DNA from: Oscillospiraceae bacterium
GTDB lineage: Bacteria; Bacillota; Clostridia; Oscillospirales; CAG-272
Direction of reading: 5' to 3'
Assembly (NCBI GenBank): GCA_015063695.1
Contig: SVTQ01000006.1
Span: forward strand, 8,718 to 72,717
Length of the DNA stretch: 64,000 bases
Each line of letters starts with the position of its first letter. Position 1 is the stretch's first letter. Below the pieces are notes generated by a model, which was not told the origin of the DNA, searched no databases, and saw only the letters and a list, made by a program, of their open reading frames with translations. This document shows, piece by piece, positions 54,125 to 63,068 of this stretch. The position numbers and the translations under genes are program-made.

Positions 54125-56665
54125 TTAGTCTTTTACTTCGACTATAATTTTTTTGCTCATATCTTCATTCTTGATAAAGACAACGGGAATGTTCATGAGA
54201 GAGTCAAATTCTTCGGTGTAGTTTGCGGTGCCGCTTATCTTGATCTCGCGGTTACCAAGTCCCGCATTTTCATATTTCACGGTAAGGTCACAGCCCTTTA
54301 CCTTGAGGTTTATCTCACCCTTTTCAGCAGGGAAGTAAGCAGGAAGCTGAAGTCTCAGACCCTTGAGAGTGGGATATACGCCGAATGCGTAGCGGATAGT
54401 CTCTTTAATAAGAACTGCGCCCGAGCCCGTGTGCCAGTCGCCCATGGACTCGCCGTCCATATTGTATTCGGGGTTTTCGCAGTAAGAGTTGGGCATGATG
54501 AAGCTTGTCATAGTGCAGTTATCGTGGGTGATAACGATGGACTTTTCAATTTCTTCAAAAGCTCTCTTGCTTTCGCCTATCTCAAACATCGCCATAGTGC
54601 CGAAAAGACTTCCGTGCGCGTAAGCGCAAGCATTTTCGTAAGTGCCGGGAACGATGTTGGCAATTCTGCCCACACCTTCAAGACCGAAGGGGAACGCCTT
54701 GTCAAAGGTCTTAAGGCCGTATTTTGAAGACACCGCGTCCATACATGCCATAATGGATGCCTTGAGGGAGGGGTCTCTCTTAATGAAGCCCGTAATTGCC
54801 CAGAAGGAGTTGGGGGTAAGACTGTATCTTGCCTCTCCGTCGGGGTCGCTGAAGGAGCCTACTTTGTAGCCTACTTTGTCGCCCCAGCCGTGAACTATTC
54901 TGCGCTCGCCCTTTTCGTTTGTGTCGATAGCGAACTTTTCAAGACCCTCTTCAATACCTGCTTTCACGGCATTGTATTTTTCGATAAGGTCGTCGTGACC
55001 GCCCACAAGAGAGAGGATCTCTGCCATTTCGATAAGGTTCTGTCTGAACTGAAGGGTTGCCATAACGGTAACCCCCGTGCCGAATTCCTTGCCCTCGTCC
55101 TTGGTGTCGCCGAGACCGTCAACAGCATCGTTCCAGTCGCCGAAGAGAACCTTGATGCACTTGGTGTATTCGGTGTCAACGTTGGAGATAAGATAGTCTG
55201 CAATTCTGATGAGGTGGCAGAGAACGCTGTCCTTTTCATCTGTTCTGTGAGCGTTACACCAGGGCTCGTCGGGAGCGTCTATGTAATAACATTCTTCGTC
55301 AAGGATAGAGAAGTCGCCTGTATAAGCAAGGTATGTATAAATGGTGGAAATTACCCATACGCCCTGGTCGATGTACTTTTCAAGGCAAACGGGAATGGGA
55401 GCGGCTTCATCCTTCTGTACCGAGAACATTCTGGGGGGGCGGCCCGTTGTGAGAATGTTGTTCATGGCAACGAGAATTTTTTCGCGGCTTAGCTCAGGCT
55501 GCCAAATAAGAGCTCCTTCAAGCTGCTGGAAAACGTCGCGGATGCCGAGATACTGGCCTGCATAGTTCTTGCCGTGAGCACAAACGCTTGTCTGCTTCTG
55601 AACACTGCGAAGGAACTTGTTGAATGTGTCACTCTTTACCTTTCCGCTCTTCCAACCGTCGAAACGGATCTTAATGGAGTCAAAAGCATCCTTTTCGGCA
55701 TTTTCAAGGGTCTCAAGAGCCATATCAGTCTTCTTTTCGTCGATGCCTTCTGCGATAAAGCTGTCGGCAATTTCCATTTCGTTGCAAACGAGAGCTTCAT
55801 ATTTGAGGGAAACGCACTCGCCGCCCGCCGCTTCAAAGTGAATGATGTCGGAGGCAATGGGAAGGTCGGTGGTGTTTACGGAGTAAACGTCGCGTCTGAA
55901 CTTTCCTTCAACAAGGGAGAGGGCGTTTGCAACTGCAAGACCGCGGCTGCCGATAAATACGCTTCTGCCCGTTGTAGCATGTTCTTCCGTAGCCTTGCCC
56001 TCTGTTATCTTCTTTTTGATAACGAGCATATCGGGCTTTCCGTTTTTACTTGTGAGAATAAAGCTTCCGTCATCGCGGCGAAGCCCGTACTTTGACATTC
56101 TTGCCCAGAAGGTCTCGTTTTCCATGTGGCGGAGCATTGCTTCCATGAAGGATGCAAGGTAAAATTCCTTTGTTTCGCTTGTTTTGTTTACAGCGGTAAG
56201 GTCAAAGTGGATGTGCTTGTCAGAGTCAACGTGAAGTCTGAGGGCGAAAACGGTGTCCTTTGTGTCTGCAATGCAGTAAGCGCACTTGAGTGAGTAGATA
56301 ATGTATCTTGAAACGTCCTTTTCAACTGCCTGTCTGCCTGCGCCCGTAATGGAAACGGGAGTGTAGGTGCCGTCGCCGTTGTTTACGCCGCCGAAGAAGG
56401 CAACTGCGGATTCTTCGCCGTAGTTTGCAGTTTTGAAAATGGTGAAGGTGCTCTCGCAGGCATCGATGAAGCCCGTGGTGCGGAGCCATACCATAAGTCC
56501 GTCGTGGCTGTAAGGATATCTGCTCTCACCCACTTCTCTGTGACAGCAGAGAACCTTGTCGTAGTCAAGGTAGTAGGAGTTGCGGGGAAGAGCCGCTGCG
56601 TTTTCGGGGTTCTTTTCTATCTCTTTGATCTGTGATAAAAGGTCAAGTAAAAATTCTTTCTTCAT
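54125..56665 (-). CDS. GH94-like glycoside phosphorylase, specificity unknown
   Basis: 846 aa. LFGDWNDAVDGLG corresponds to the catalytic RADWNDCL region of GH94. C-terminal (alpha/alpha)6-type features are GDWHTGSGAVL. Much more divergent from cellodextrin/cellobiose phosphorylase than the gene at 34154. Confidence 0.55.
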   Translation of the reverse strand: MKKEFLLDLLSQIKEIEKNPENAAALPRNSYYLDYDKVLCCHREVGESRYPYSHDGLMVWLRTTGFIDACESTFTIFKTANYGEESAVAFFGGVNNGDGTYTPVSITGAGRQAVEKDVSRYIIYSLKCAYCIADTKDTVFALRLHVDSDKHIHFDLTAVNKTSETKEFYLASFMEAMLRHMENETFWARMSKYGLRRDDGSFILTSKNGKPDMLVIKKKITEGKATEEHATTGRSVFIGSRGLAVANALSLVEGKFRRDVYSVNTTDLPIASDIIHFEAAGGECVSLKYEALVCNEMEIADSFIAEGIDEKKTDMALETLENAEKDAFDSIKIRFDGWKSGKVKSDTFNKFLRSVQKQTSVCAHGKNYAGQYLGIRDVFQQLEGALIWQPELSREKILVAMNNILTTGRPPRMFSVQKDEAAPIPVCLEKYIDQGVWVISTIYTYLAYTGDFSILDEECYYIDAPDEPWCNAHRTDEKDSVLCHLIRIADYLISNVDTEYTKCIKVLFGDWNDAVDGLGDTKDEGKEFGTGVTVMATLQFRQNLIEMAEILSLVGGHDDLIEKYNAVKAGIEEGLEKFAIDTNEKGERRIVHGWGDKVGYKVGSFSDPDGEARYSLTPNSFWAITGFIKRDPSLKASIMACMDAVSSKYGLKTFDKAFPFGLEGVGRIANIVPGTYENACAYAHGSLFGTMAMFEIGESKRAFEEIEKSIVITHDNCTMTSFIMPNSYCENPEYNMDGESMGDWHTGSGAVLIKETIRYAFGVYPTLKGLRLQLPAYFPAEKGEINLKVKGCDLTVKYENAGLGNREIKISGTANYTEEFDSLMNIPVVFIKNEDMSKKIIVEVKD

Positions 56666-56698
56666 TTTTGTTCTCCGATTTGTATTTTTTAGCTGTTA

Positions 56699-58138
56699 TC
56701 AATCAATGTCCAGCCAGTTTTCAAGCCATTTTTCGCTTCCCGGGGCGTATTTGAAGGCTTCTTCAAGATTGGCGGTGAAATGTGTATTGCCTTGAAGAAT
56801 AATGTTTTCTTTGCCGTTTACTTCGCAGTAAAGCTGAGCTTTTTCGCAAAGATACTTATATGTGCGCGCAAGGCGTTCTCCCTTGGTGTCTCCGCTTATA
56901 AGTATCTCGAAGAGCGGCTCGTCGCATTCTTCTCCTTCTTCGTGACTGTGTCCTTTTGTGAGAAGCTGAAGTCTCTGTGCAAGGAAAAGATATTTTTCCA
57001 TGGGCTCAAGTCCCACGGGGATTGAATTAATTATTTCGTCTGTGTAGGTATCGTACTCTTTTACTGCATCTTTGATATCATCGGGAACGGGGGTTTTATA
57101 GGGTGCCCACTTGACGTAGAATTCGGTGGTGATAATGCCGCCTTTTTCTTTGTATCTCACAAAGTTGTGCATTACGGGATGGTCACTGAGGAGCGCTGTA
57201 AGAACTGCCTCTGTGTTTGTATCGGTGTACTCTGCCGCTTTGAACTCCATGATGTCGCTGTATATAGTTCCGTAAAGCTCGCGGTCTGCATCCGAAAGGC
57301 TCTCATATCCCGTTGCAACGTAGGTAAAGACTTCGTTGGTGTGCTCCATCTTGACGTAGGTTTCGTCACCTTGAACGTAGCTTTCTCCGTCATGAATGAT
57401 CTCCGCGTAAGTTTCCGTAAGGGGAGTATAGAAAACTCTGCTGCCGTCGGCGTTTACCGCCGCTGAGGCTACAACCGTCTCGCCCTCGTAAACATAGTAT
57501 TTTCTGCAGATAGCACTGTCAATGAGCTCCCATGCGGTGAACTCTGCTTTCAGTTCATTATTGCCGAAAAATCCCCTCATATAAGCGTTTGCAACTTCAA
57601 GATGAGGATCGTCCTCGATATGCTCGTGGGTAAACTCTCCGTTTTCGTAGTAATATTCAACAGTTACGGTCTCGCCGTTGTGAACTTCAGTGCTGAGAAC
57701 ACAGTTTTCGCCGAGAGTAGGGTTGCCTATATTGAGGAAATCAAGCTCCAGAACGAAAGATTTTCCTTCTTCATCCCAGACGTAGCCGTAATAATATGAA
57801 ATTCCGTCAACGTCTCTCTGAGGAAAATAGAAATCCTTAAAGCCGTCAAAGGTGAAGTCTTCAAATTTTATGCCGTTCTTTGATGTTTCAAGATCGGCAA
57901 CACCGGAATGAAGAAAAGTCTGAAAGACCGTGTCATAGGAGCCGTCCTCGTATATGGTGACGCGGTCCTCCGCGATATCTATGCGGAAGGTCATTCCTCC
58001 GTCAAAAAGGCTGAAGGGGCCCGCAAGACTTTCGGGGTCAACGGGCGGGACTTTAACTCCGTCGTTTTTCTCGCATCCGCAGAGAAAAGTAAGGGCGGCG
58101 AGAATAACCGCAATAAATATTAAGCTGATTTTTTTCAT
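56699..58138 (-). CDS. lipoprotein of unknown function
   Basis: Lipobox LTFLCGC. 479 aa. No recognised domain. Confidence 0.6.
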   Translation of the reverse strand: MKKISLIFIAVILAALTFLCGCEKNDGVKVPPVDPESLAGPFSLFDGGMTFRIDIAEDRVTIYEDGSYDTVFQTFLHSGVADLETSKNGIKFEDFTFDGFKDFYFPQRDVDGISYYYGYVWDEEGKSFVLELDFLNIGNPTLGENCVLSTEVHNGETVTVEYYYENGEFTHEHIEDDPHLEVANAYMRGFFGNNELKAEFTAWELIDSAICRKYYVYEGETVVASAAVNADGSRVFYTPLTETYAEIIHDGESYVQGDETYVKMEHTNEVFTYVATGYESLSDADRELYGTIYSDIMEFKAAEYTDTNTEAVLTALLSDHPVMHNFVRYKEKGGIITTEFYVKWAPYKTPVPDDIKDAVKEYDTYTDEIINSIPVGLEPMEKYLFLAQRLQLLTKGHSHEEGEECDEPLFEILISGDTKGERLARTYKYLCEKAQLYCEVNGKENIILQGNTHFTANLEEAFKYAPGSEKWLENWLDID

Positions 58139-58147
58139 AATGTAGTT

Positions 58148-58453
58148 CTAAAAAATTCCTTTGTTGTATTTTAGTTGAACTATTACAATGCAGACGATCG
58201 CGAAAAGCATCCCTGCCGAAAGAATGGTAACTGATAAGATCATCCTGTTCAAAAGCGACAGGATACCGCTTAAAACAGCCGTTGGAACGAAAAGGGAAAG
58301 AGCCTTGCCGAAAGCCCTGCCGTAAGCGGCCTTGTCCGTAACCTTTTCCTGATGATAAGAGTGGATAAGCTCGGTCTTACCTCTGTAAATTGCTATGCTT
58401 ACGATAAGAAAGAGCAAAGCGGCGGAAAACATGATAACAGAATAGATGATCAT
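58148..58453 (-). CDS. small three-TM membrane protein (DUF3784-like)
   Basis: 101 aa with hydrophobic segments. YRGKTELIHSYHQEKV resembles DUF3784 proteins. Confidence 0.4.
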   Translation of the reverse strand: MIIYSVIMFSAALLFLIVSIAIYRGKTELIHSYHQEKVTDKAAYGRAFGKALSLFVPTAVLSGILSLLNRMILSVTILSAGMLFAIVCIVIVQLKYNKGIF

Positions 58454-58485
58454 TGTCTTTTACAGGATTAGTTCTTGTGACATTT

Positions 58486-58845
58486 TTATGATTGTACCGC
58501 TTTTTTCTTCGCGGTGGTAACTGATGCAATCAATTTTCTTCTTATTGTACCGCATTTATTGATCAGGTTTTTATATGTATAATCATTGATTTTCTCTTTG
58601 CGTAACAACAATTCCAACCAATACTCTGTTTCAAAGCTTTCTTTTAATGCAATTTCTAATTTGTTTATAAAATCTGCGGTGCTTTGAGCATACTTTGCTT
58701 CGTGGAGATTTGCTCCAATAGAGGAAGAACATCTTAGTAGTTGATTTACATAAACGGAACAACCCTTGATATTATCGCAAATATCAGAAACTTCTATAGC
58801 AAAGTTTATTGTTTGTTCTCTCAATGTGTTTTTGTAATTTTCCAT
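58486..58845 (-). CDS. four-helix-bundle protein (23S rRNA intervening-sequence protein family)
   Basis: ATG 58845 after AGGAGA. QLLRCSSSIGANLHEAKYAQSTADFINKLEIALKESFETEYWLELL is the family signature. Confidence 0.8.
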   Translation of the reverse strand: MENYKNTLREQTINFAIEVSDICDNIKGCSVYVNQLLRCSSSIGANLHEAKYAQSTADFINKLEIALKESFETEYWLELLLRKEKINDYTYKNLINKCGTIRRKLIASVTTAKKKAVQS

Positions 58846-58861
58846 AATGTAATCTCCTATG

Positions 58862-59037
58862 TCGATATACACGCTACGCGTGTTCGATATATTTTGCTTC
58901 GCAAAATTCGATATAAACTCACTCTGTTCGTTTTCGATATGATATAAATCTCGTTTCCGAAGGAAACATATCGAGTGCTTTGGCACATATCGAATCCGTC
59001 AGGATATATCGAAAATCTCGCAAGAGATTTATATCGA
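58862..59037. repeat. nested palindromic motif/hairpin array B (TTCGATAT x4 direct, ATATCGAA x4 inverted)
   Basis: Direct copies lie at 58862-69, 58883-92, 58907-16 and 58933-41. Inverted copies lie at 58967-74, 58987-95, 59004-13 and 59030-37. The central hairpin is GTTTCC-GAA-GGAAAC (58953-67). Unique mini-hairpins sit between copies: CACGC-TAC-GCGTG, TTTTGC-TTC-GCAAAA, GTGC-TTTG-GCAC, ATCC-GTCA-GGAT and AAATCTC-GCAA-GAGATTT. Confidence 0.85.
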
Positions 59038-60183
59038 TGAGTGGTCGATGCGACATAGTCGCACGACACACTCTATATGGTTTGTGTGAGGGAACATGTC
59101 AAAGGGATGAATTGCCTTCACTTTATAAACCTTTTTGAGAAAATCAAGGTCCCTTGCAAGAGTGTCGGGATTGCAGGACACGTAAACTATTTTGCGAGGC
59201 GCAAGGGAAATAAGCTTAGAGAGAAAGTTCTTGTCACAGCCTGCACGGGGCGGGTCAACGAAAACAGTGTCGTACTTTTCGCCCTTTGCGGCGGCATTGT
59301 TTATGAATTTGGTGGTATCCGCGGTGAAAAAGCGAATATTGGAAACTCCCGAAAGACGGGCGTTTTCTTTGGCATCGGCAGTTGAAGATTTGTTTACCTC
59401 AACGGCATCCACCGTCTTTGCATTTTTGGCGGCAATTATTCCGATAGTGCCGATTCCCGAGTAAGCATCAAGAATTCTTTCTTTTCCTGAAAGACCCGCA
59501 AGCTTAATGGCACAGCTGTAAAGACGTTCTGTCTGAACGGGATTTATCTGATAGAAGGAGCGGGCAGAAATTCTGAAGGTGCAACCGCAAAGAACGTCGG
59601 TTATATATCCTTCTCCGTAAAGAACTCTTTCCTTGTCTGTAAGCCAAAGCGGAGTGTCCGTGTCGTTTACGTTGTGAATGACGGTGGTTATGGAAGGAAA
59701 ACGCTCTGTAAGCAGAGAAACGAACTGCCTTTCTTTTGGAAACGCGGCGGAACTGCTGACGATAACGACCATGACCTCGCCCGTGGCAAAGCCTTCTCTC
59801 ACAAGAATGTGGCGGAGAAATCCCTTGCCCGTCGCGGCATTGAAGGGCTGAATTTTCAGCTCGTTTGCGATGTTTATAACAACGCGGATTATCTCGCTTG
59901 CCGTCTTTGTTTCTATGGCGCAAAAATCGCACTTGACCGCAGTTCCGCTTGAGGATTTGTAAATGCCCGAAACTGCTTTTCCGCCTTGAGGGAAAACGAT
60001 TGCCTGAGCCTTGTTTCTGTAGCCCTCGGTGTTTTCCATGGGGACGATTTCGTGGACGTGGCAAAAACGTCCCAGTGTCTTGATTATTCGGCTCATTTTA
60101 TAGGAGAGCTGCTCTTTGTATGACAAGTTGCGAAGCTGACATGCTCCGCATTTTTTAAAGTATTTGCATCCGCCCTTTTCCAT
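59029..60183 (-). CDS. rlmD: RumA/RlmD-type 23S rRNA (uracil-5)-methyltransferase
   Basis: N-terminal Fe-S cysteines CKYFKKCGACQLRNLSY, SAM site LDAYSGIGTIG, VDPPRAG and catalytic YVSCNP. Confidence 0.85.
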   Translation of the reverse strand: MEKGGCKYFKKCGACQLRNLSYKEQLSYKMSRIIKTLGRFCHVHEIVPMENTEGYRNKAQAIVFPQGGKAVSGIYKSSSGTAVKCDFCAIETKTASEIIRVVINIANELKIQPFNAATGKGFLRHILVREGFATGEVMVVIVSSSAAFPKERQFVSLLTERFPSITTVIHNVNDTDTPLWLTDKERVLYGEGYITDVLCGCTFRISARSFYQINPVQTERLYSCAIKLAGLSGKERILDAYSGIGTIGIIAAKNAKTVDAVEVNKSSTADAKENARLSGVSNIRFFTADTTKFINNAAAKGEKYDTVFVDPPRAGCDKNFLSKLISLAPRKIVYVSCNPDTLARDLDFLKKVYKVKAIHPFDMFPHTNHIECVVRLCRIDHSSI

Positions 60184-60286
60184 ACGCCGCCTCCTTTGAG
60201 CACAGATAATAATTTCCTATATTATATATTATCATAAATATATAAAAAAGCAAGGGGAGATAAAAAAACATTTCTTGCAATTATTT

Positions 60287-60334
60287 AAAAGTCTTTGAAG
60301 GGGTTTGGGGGAACTTTCTGAAGAAAGTTCCCCC
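60287..60334. repeat. REP-like palindromic element, copy 3
   Basis: AAAAGTCTTTGAAGGGGTTTGGGGGAACTTTCTGAAGAAAGTTCCCCC. Confidence 0.75.
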
Positions 60335-60352
60335 AAATAATTTGTCATTAAG

Positions 60353-61426
60353 TTACTTTACAGGTTCAACAGTAACCGCCTGCTTGTAGAGACCCTCGTA
60401 AGCGGCTTCGGTGTCAGCTTTGGTGTAAGCAACCTTCTTGCCTGCAACGGGGTCGTTGAAATAGTAGTATTCATCGTCGAAGCCCACAAGGAGCAAGCAG
60501 TGCATGGGAGCGACCCAGGTGAAGGTCTCTCCGTCCTCGGCACCGTCTATCTGCCACGTCCAGTCCATAAGATAAGGCTCCTTCATGTACATGGTGCCCC
60601 AGAAGATAATAGGTATGTTTTTAGTGATGTAGTCGCGGCAAAGGTCTTCGAGGGGAACGTTGTAGTGCTCCGTGACCTTGTATTCTTCGGGGTCAATAAA
60701 CTTTTCAAGCGCGTTTCCGATAACGGGAGCGTAACAGCAGAGACCCGTTGAAAGACGGGGGTCTCCGAGGAAATATTCCCAAGGGCTTGCGCCCACGTAC
60801 TTGCCCTTGTCGTTAACGTAGGGAAGTCTGCTCATATCTAGATAATTTTCAATAAATTCTTCGGTGGTGATGTCAATTCCCACGTGATTGAGCGCCATGA
60901 CCGTGCTACAGCTCTCGCATCCGTTGGGAAAGTCTCTCAGCTGATTGATGTAAGGTGCCTCAAGGATGGCAGGAGGCATTTCACCGACCTTGATCACTGT
61001 GGATCTTGATATTTTTCTGTTGTATGATTCTGCTATAATGATGCTCTCGCCCTTTGAAAGCGCTGTTATCACTCCGTCCTGACTTACCGTTGCAACTGCA
61101 GGGTTAATGCTTCTCCAGTAGAGCATTTCGTTGGAGTTTTCGGGGGTCAGAGAAAACTCTATACGATAAGTTCCTCCGGGAACCGTTCTTACGTAGCGGA
61201 CGTTGTCAAAGCTGATGCCCGTGGCGGGAATGAAACAGCCGTCGCTTTTGGAAACGGCTTCTTCTTTAACCGTTCCGACGGGAAGCGAGGGGGCAGAGGG
61301 CGCCGTAATGCGAGGAAGAGTTCCGCTCTCGCAAAAAAGGATTAGAGAAATTATAAAGAGTATTATTGCCGCCGAAGCGTATGCTACGGAAAATGCAGTG
61401 TTTTCCATAAGTTTTTTTATTGACAT
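60353..61426 (-). CDS. membrane-anchored Big_2 + C39-like (papain-fold) peptidase domain protein
   Basis: Start set at ATG 61426 (MSIKKLMEN). TM FSVAYASAAIILFIISLILF. Big_2-like NPAVATVSQDGVITALSKGESIIIAE. C39-like QLRDFPNGCESCSTVMAL. Confidence 0.6.
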   Translation of the reverse strand: MSIKKLMENTAFSVAYASAAIILFIISLILFCESGTLPRITAPSAPSLPVGTVKEEAVSKSDGCFIPATGISFDNVRYVRTVPGGTYRIEFSLTPENSNEMLYWRSINPAVATVSQDGVITALSKGESIIIAESYNRKISRSTVIKVGEMPPAILEAPYINQLRDFPNGCESCSTVMALNHVGIDITTEEFIENYLDMSRLPYVNDKGKYVGASPWEYFLGDPRLSTGLCCYAPVIGNALEKFIDPEEYKVTEHYNVPLEDLCRDYITKNIPIIFWGTMYMKEPYLMDWTWQIDGAEDGETFTWVAPMHCLLLVGFDDEYYYFNDPVAGKKVAYTKADTEAAYEGLYKQAVTVEPVK

Positions 61427-61611
61427 AGGAAAAGTCCCTTCAAAACCAAAAGTAAACACGTTTATTGTATAGCAAAATACTTTCTTTTTCCATAGCTTTC
61501 TGAAATTATTTACATTTTTTAATACTATTTTTACCCCCTTGAAGGAAAAGAGAAACTGTGATAAAATTGTTATAGTTTGATTTTTTAATGCGGAAAGGGG
61601 TGCTTCGGAAT

Positions 61612-62490
61612 ATGGAAAAATGCGAGCTTTGTCCCCGTAGGTGCAAAGCAGACAGAGTTGAAAAACTCGGCGTATGTGGCGCAGCCGACGAAATGATGGT
61701 AGCAAAAATAATGCTCCACCACTGGGAGGAGCCTTGTATCAGCGGCGGAGAAAACGGACACGGAAGCGGAGCCGTGTTCTTTTCGGGATGTTCCCTTAAG
61801 TGTGTCTACTGTCAGAATAAAACCATAAGCCGAGGAGCTGTCGGTTCAGAGTATTCGCCCGAGAAGCTGGCGGAGGAAATCCTGTCGCTTCAGAAAGAAG
61901 GCGCATATAATATAAACTTCGTAACGCCTACCCACTACACCCATAAAATAAAGGAGACCCTTGAAATTCTGAAGGGGAAATTAAAAATTCCTGTAGTATG
62001 GAATACTTCGGGTTATGAAAATAAAGAAGTTATCGAAAGTTTAACTTCTTACGTTGATATTTTTCTCACGGATTTCAAATATTTCTCAGAGAAACTCTCC
62101 GCTGAGTATTCAAACGCTCCCGATTATAAGGAGCGCGCTCTTGAAGCGCTTGTTGCCATGGTGAAGATAACGGGAAGCCCTGTGATCGATGCGGAGACGG
62201 GGCTTATGAGACGCGGAACGATAGTCCGCCACCTTGTTCTTCCCGGCGGAAGAAAGGATTCCGTTGAAGTTCTCCGTCTTGTTTCGGGGGCGGTCGGCGC
62301 AAAAAACGTTATCCTCAGTCTCATGGCTCAGTACACGCCCGAGTTCCTTGACGAAGGCTATTCCGAAATAAACAGAAGAATAACTACTTTTGAATATAAT
62401 AAGGTTCTTGACGAGGCATTAAATCTTGGCTTTGACGGCTATTTTCAGAATAGAGATTCCGCAACGTCAAAGTACACGCCCGATTTTTGA
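61612..62490 (+). CDS. PflX-type radical SAM protein (pyruvate formate-lyase activase homolog, COG1313-like)
   Basis: ATG 61612 after GAAAGGGG. MEKCELCPRRC N-terminal Cys motif and radical SAM GCSLKCVYCQN. Confidence 0.75.
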   Translation: MEKCELCPRRCKADRVEKLGVCGAADEMMVAKIMLHHWEEPCISGGENGHGSGAVFFSGCSLKCVYCQNKTISRGAVGSEYSPEKLAEEILSLQKEGAYNINFVTPTHYTHKIKETLEILKGKLKIPVVWNTSGYENKEVIESLTSYVDIFLTDFKYFSEKLSAEYSNAPDYKERALEALVAMVKITGSPVIDAETGLMRRGTIVRHLVLPGGRKDSVEVLRLVSGAVGAKNVILSLMAQYTPEFLDEGYSEINRRITTFEYNKVLDEALNLGFDGYFQNRDSATSKYTPDF

Positions 62491-62508
62491 TACGAGCAAC
62501 GGATAATT

Positions 62509-62587
62509 CGTAGGGGAGGATTCCATATCCTCCCTTATTGTTGTTGCGTATATAGCGGGCGGATATAGAATCCGCCCCTACACAAAA
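62509..62587. repeat. two GTAGGGG-hairpin units
   Basis: CGTAGGGGAGGAT-TCCAT-ATCCTCCC (62509-34) and GGGCGGAT-ATAGA-ATCCGCCCCTACACAAAA (62555-87). Confidence 0.7.
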
Positions 62588-62684
62588 GGGCCAATGCATA
62601 TAAATGACCGATGAATAAATCTCCCGTTGATCCGTGGGGACAGGCATCTCCCCTTCTGCATTTTCCGCGTCGCGGAAAATATAT

Positions 62685-63068
62685 CACGTTCCCCTTTTCG
62701 GTTACTTCACTTCACTGTCATCCTGAGCGTAGTCGAAGGATCTTGATATGAACGTTTTGTGTTGTAATATCGTCACGGGTATTTTACGTGCGAGGATTCT
62801 TCGATTTCGCGCCTTGGGCGCTTCACTCAGAATGACATAACGGGTGTGATCGCGCGCCTGTTGTTCACGTTCCCTTTTTCGGTTACTTCACTTCACTGTC
62901 ATCCTGAGCGTAGTCGAAGGATCTTGGTATGAACGTTTTGTGTTGTAATATCGTCACGGGTGTTTTACGTGCGAGGATTCTTCGATTTCGCGCCTTGGGC
63001 GCTTCACTCAGAATGACATAACGGGTGTGATCGCACGCCTGTTGTTCGCGTTCCCCTTTTTCGGTTAC
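62685..63068. repeat. 181-bp tandem direct repeat, 2.1 copies
   Basis: Unit starts are at 62685, 62866 and 63047. Copies 1 and 2 differ at only a handful of positions by eye. The third copy is truncated after CGGTTAC. Confidence 0.9.

Noticed and set aside
61612-62490. Calling this radical SAM gene nrdG
   Set aside because: It is about 290 aa with the MEKCxxCPRxC N-terminus typical of PflX/COG1313 proteins. NrdG activases are much shorter and usually adjacent to nrdD.
62685-63068. Possible CRISPR array
   Set aside because: The repeat unit is 181 bp and the copies are contiguous, with no unique spacers. No cas genes are in the window. It is a tandem duplication, not a CRISPR.
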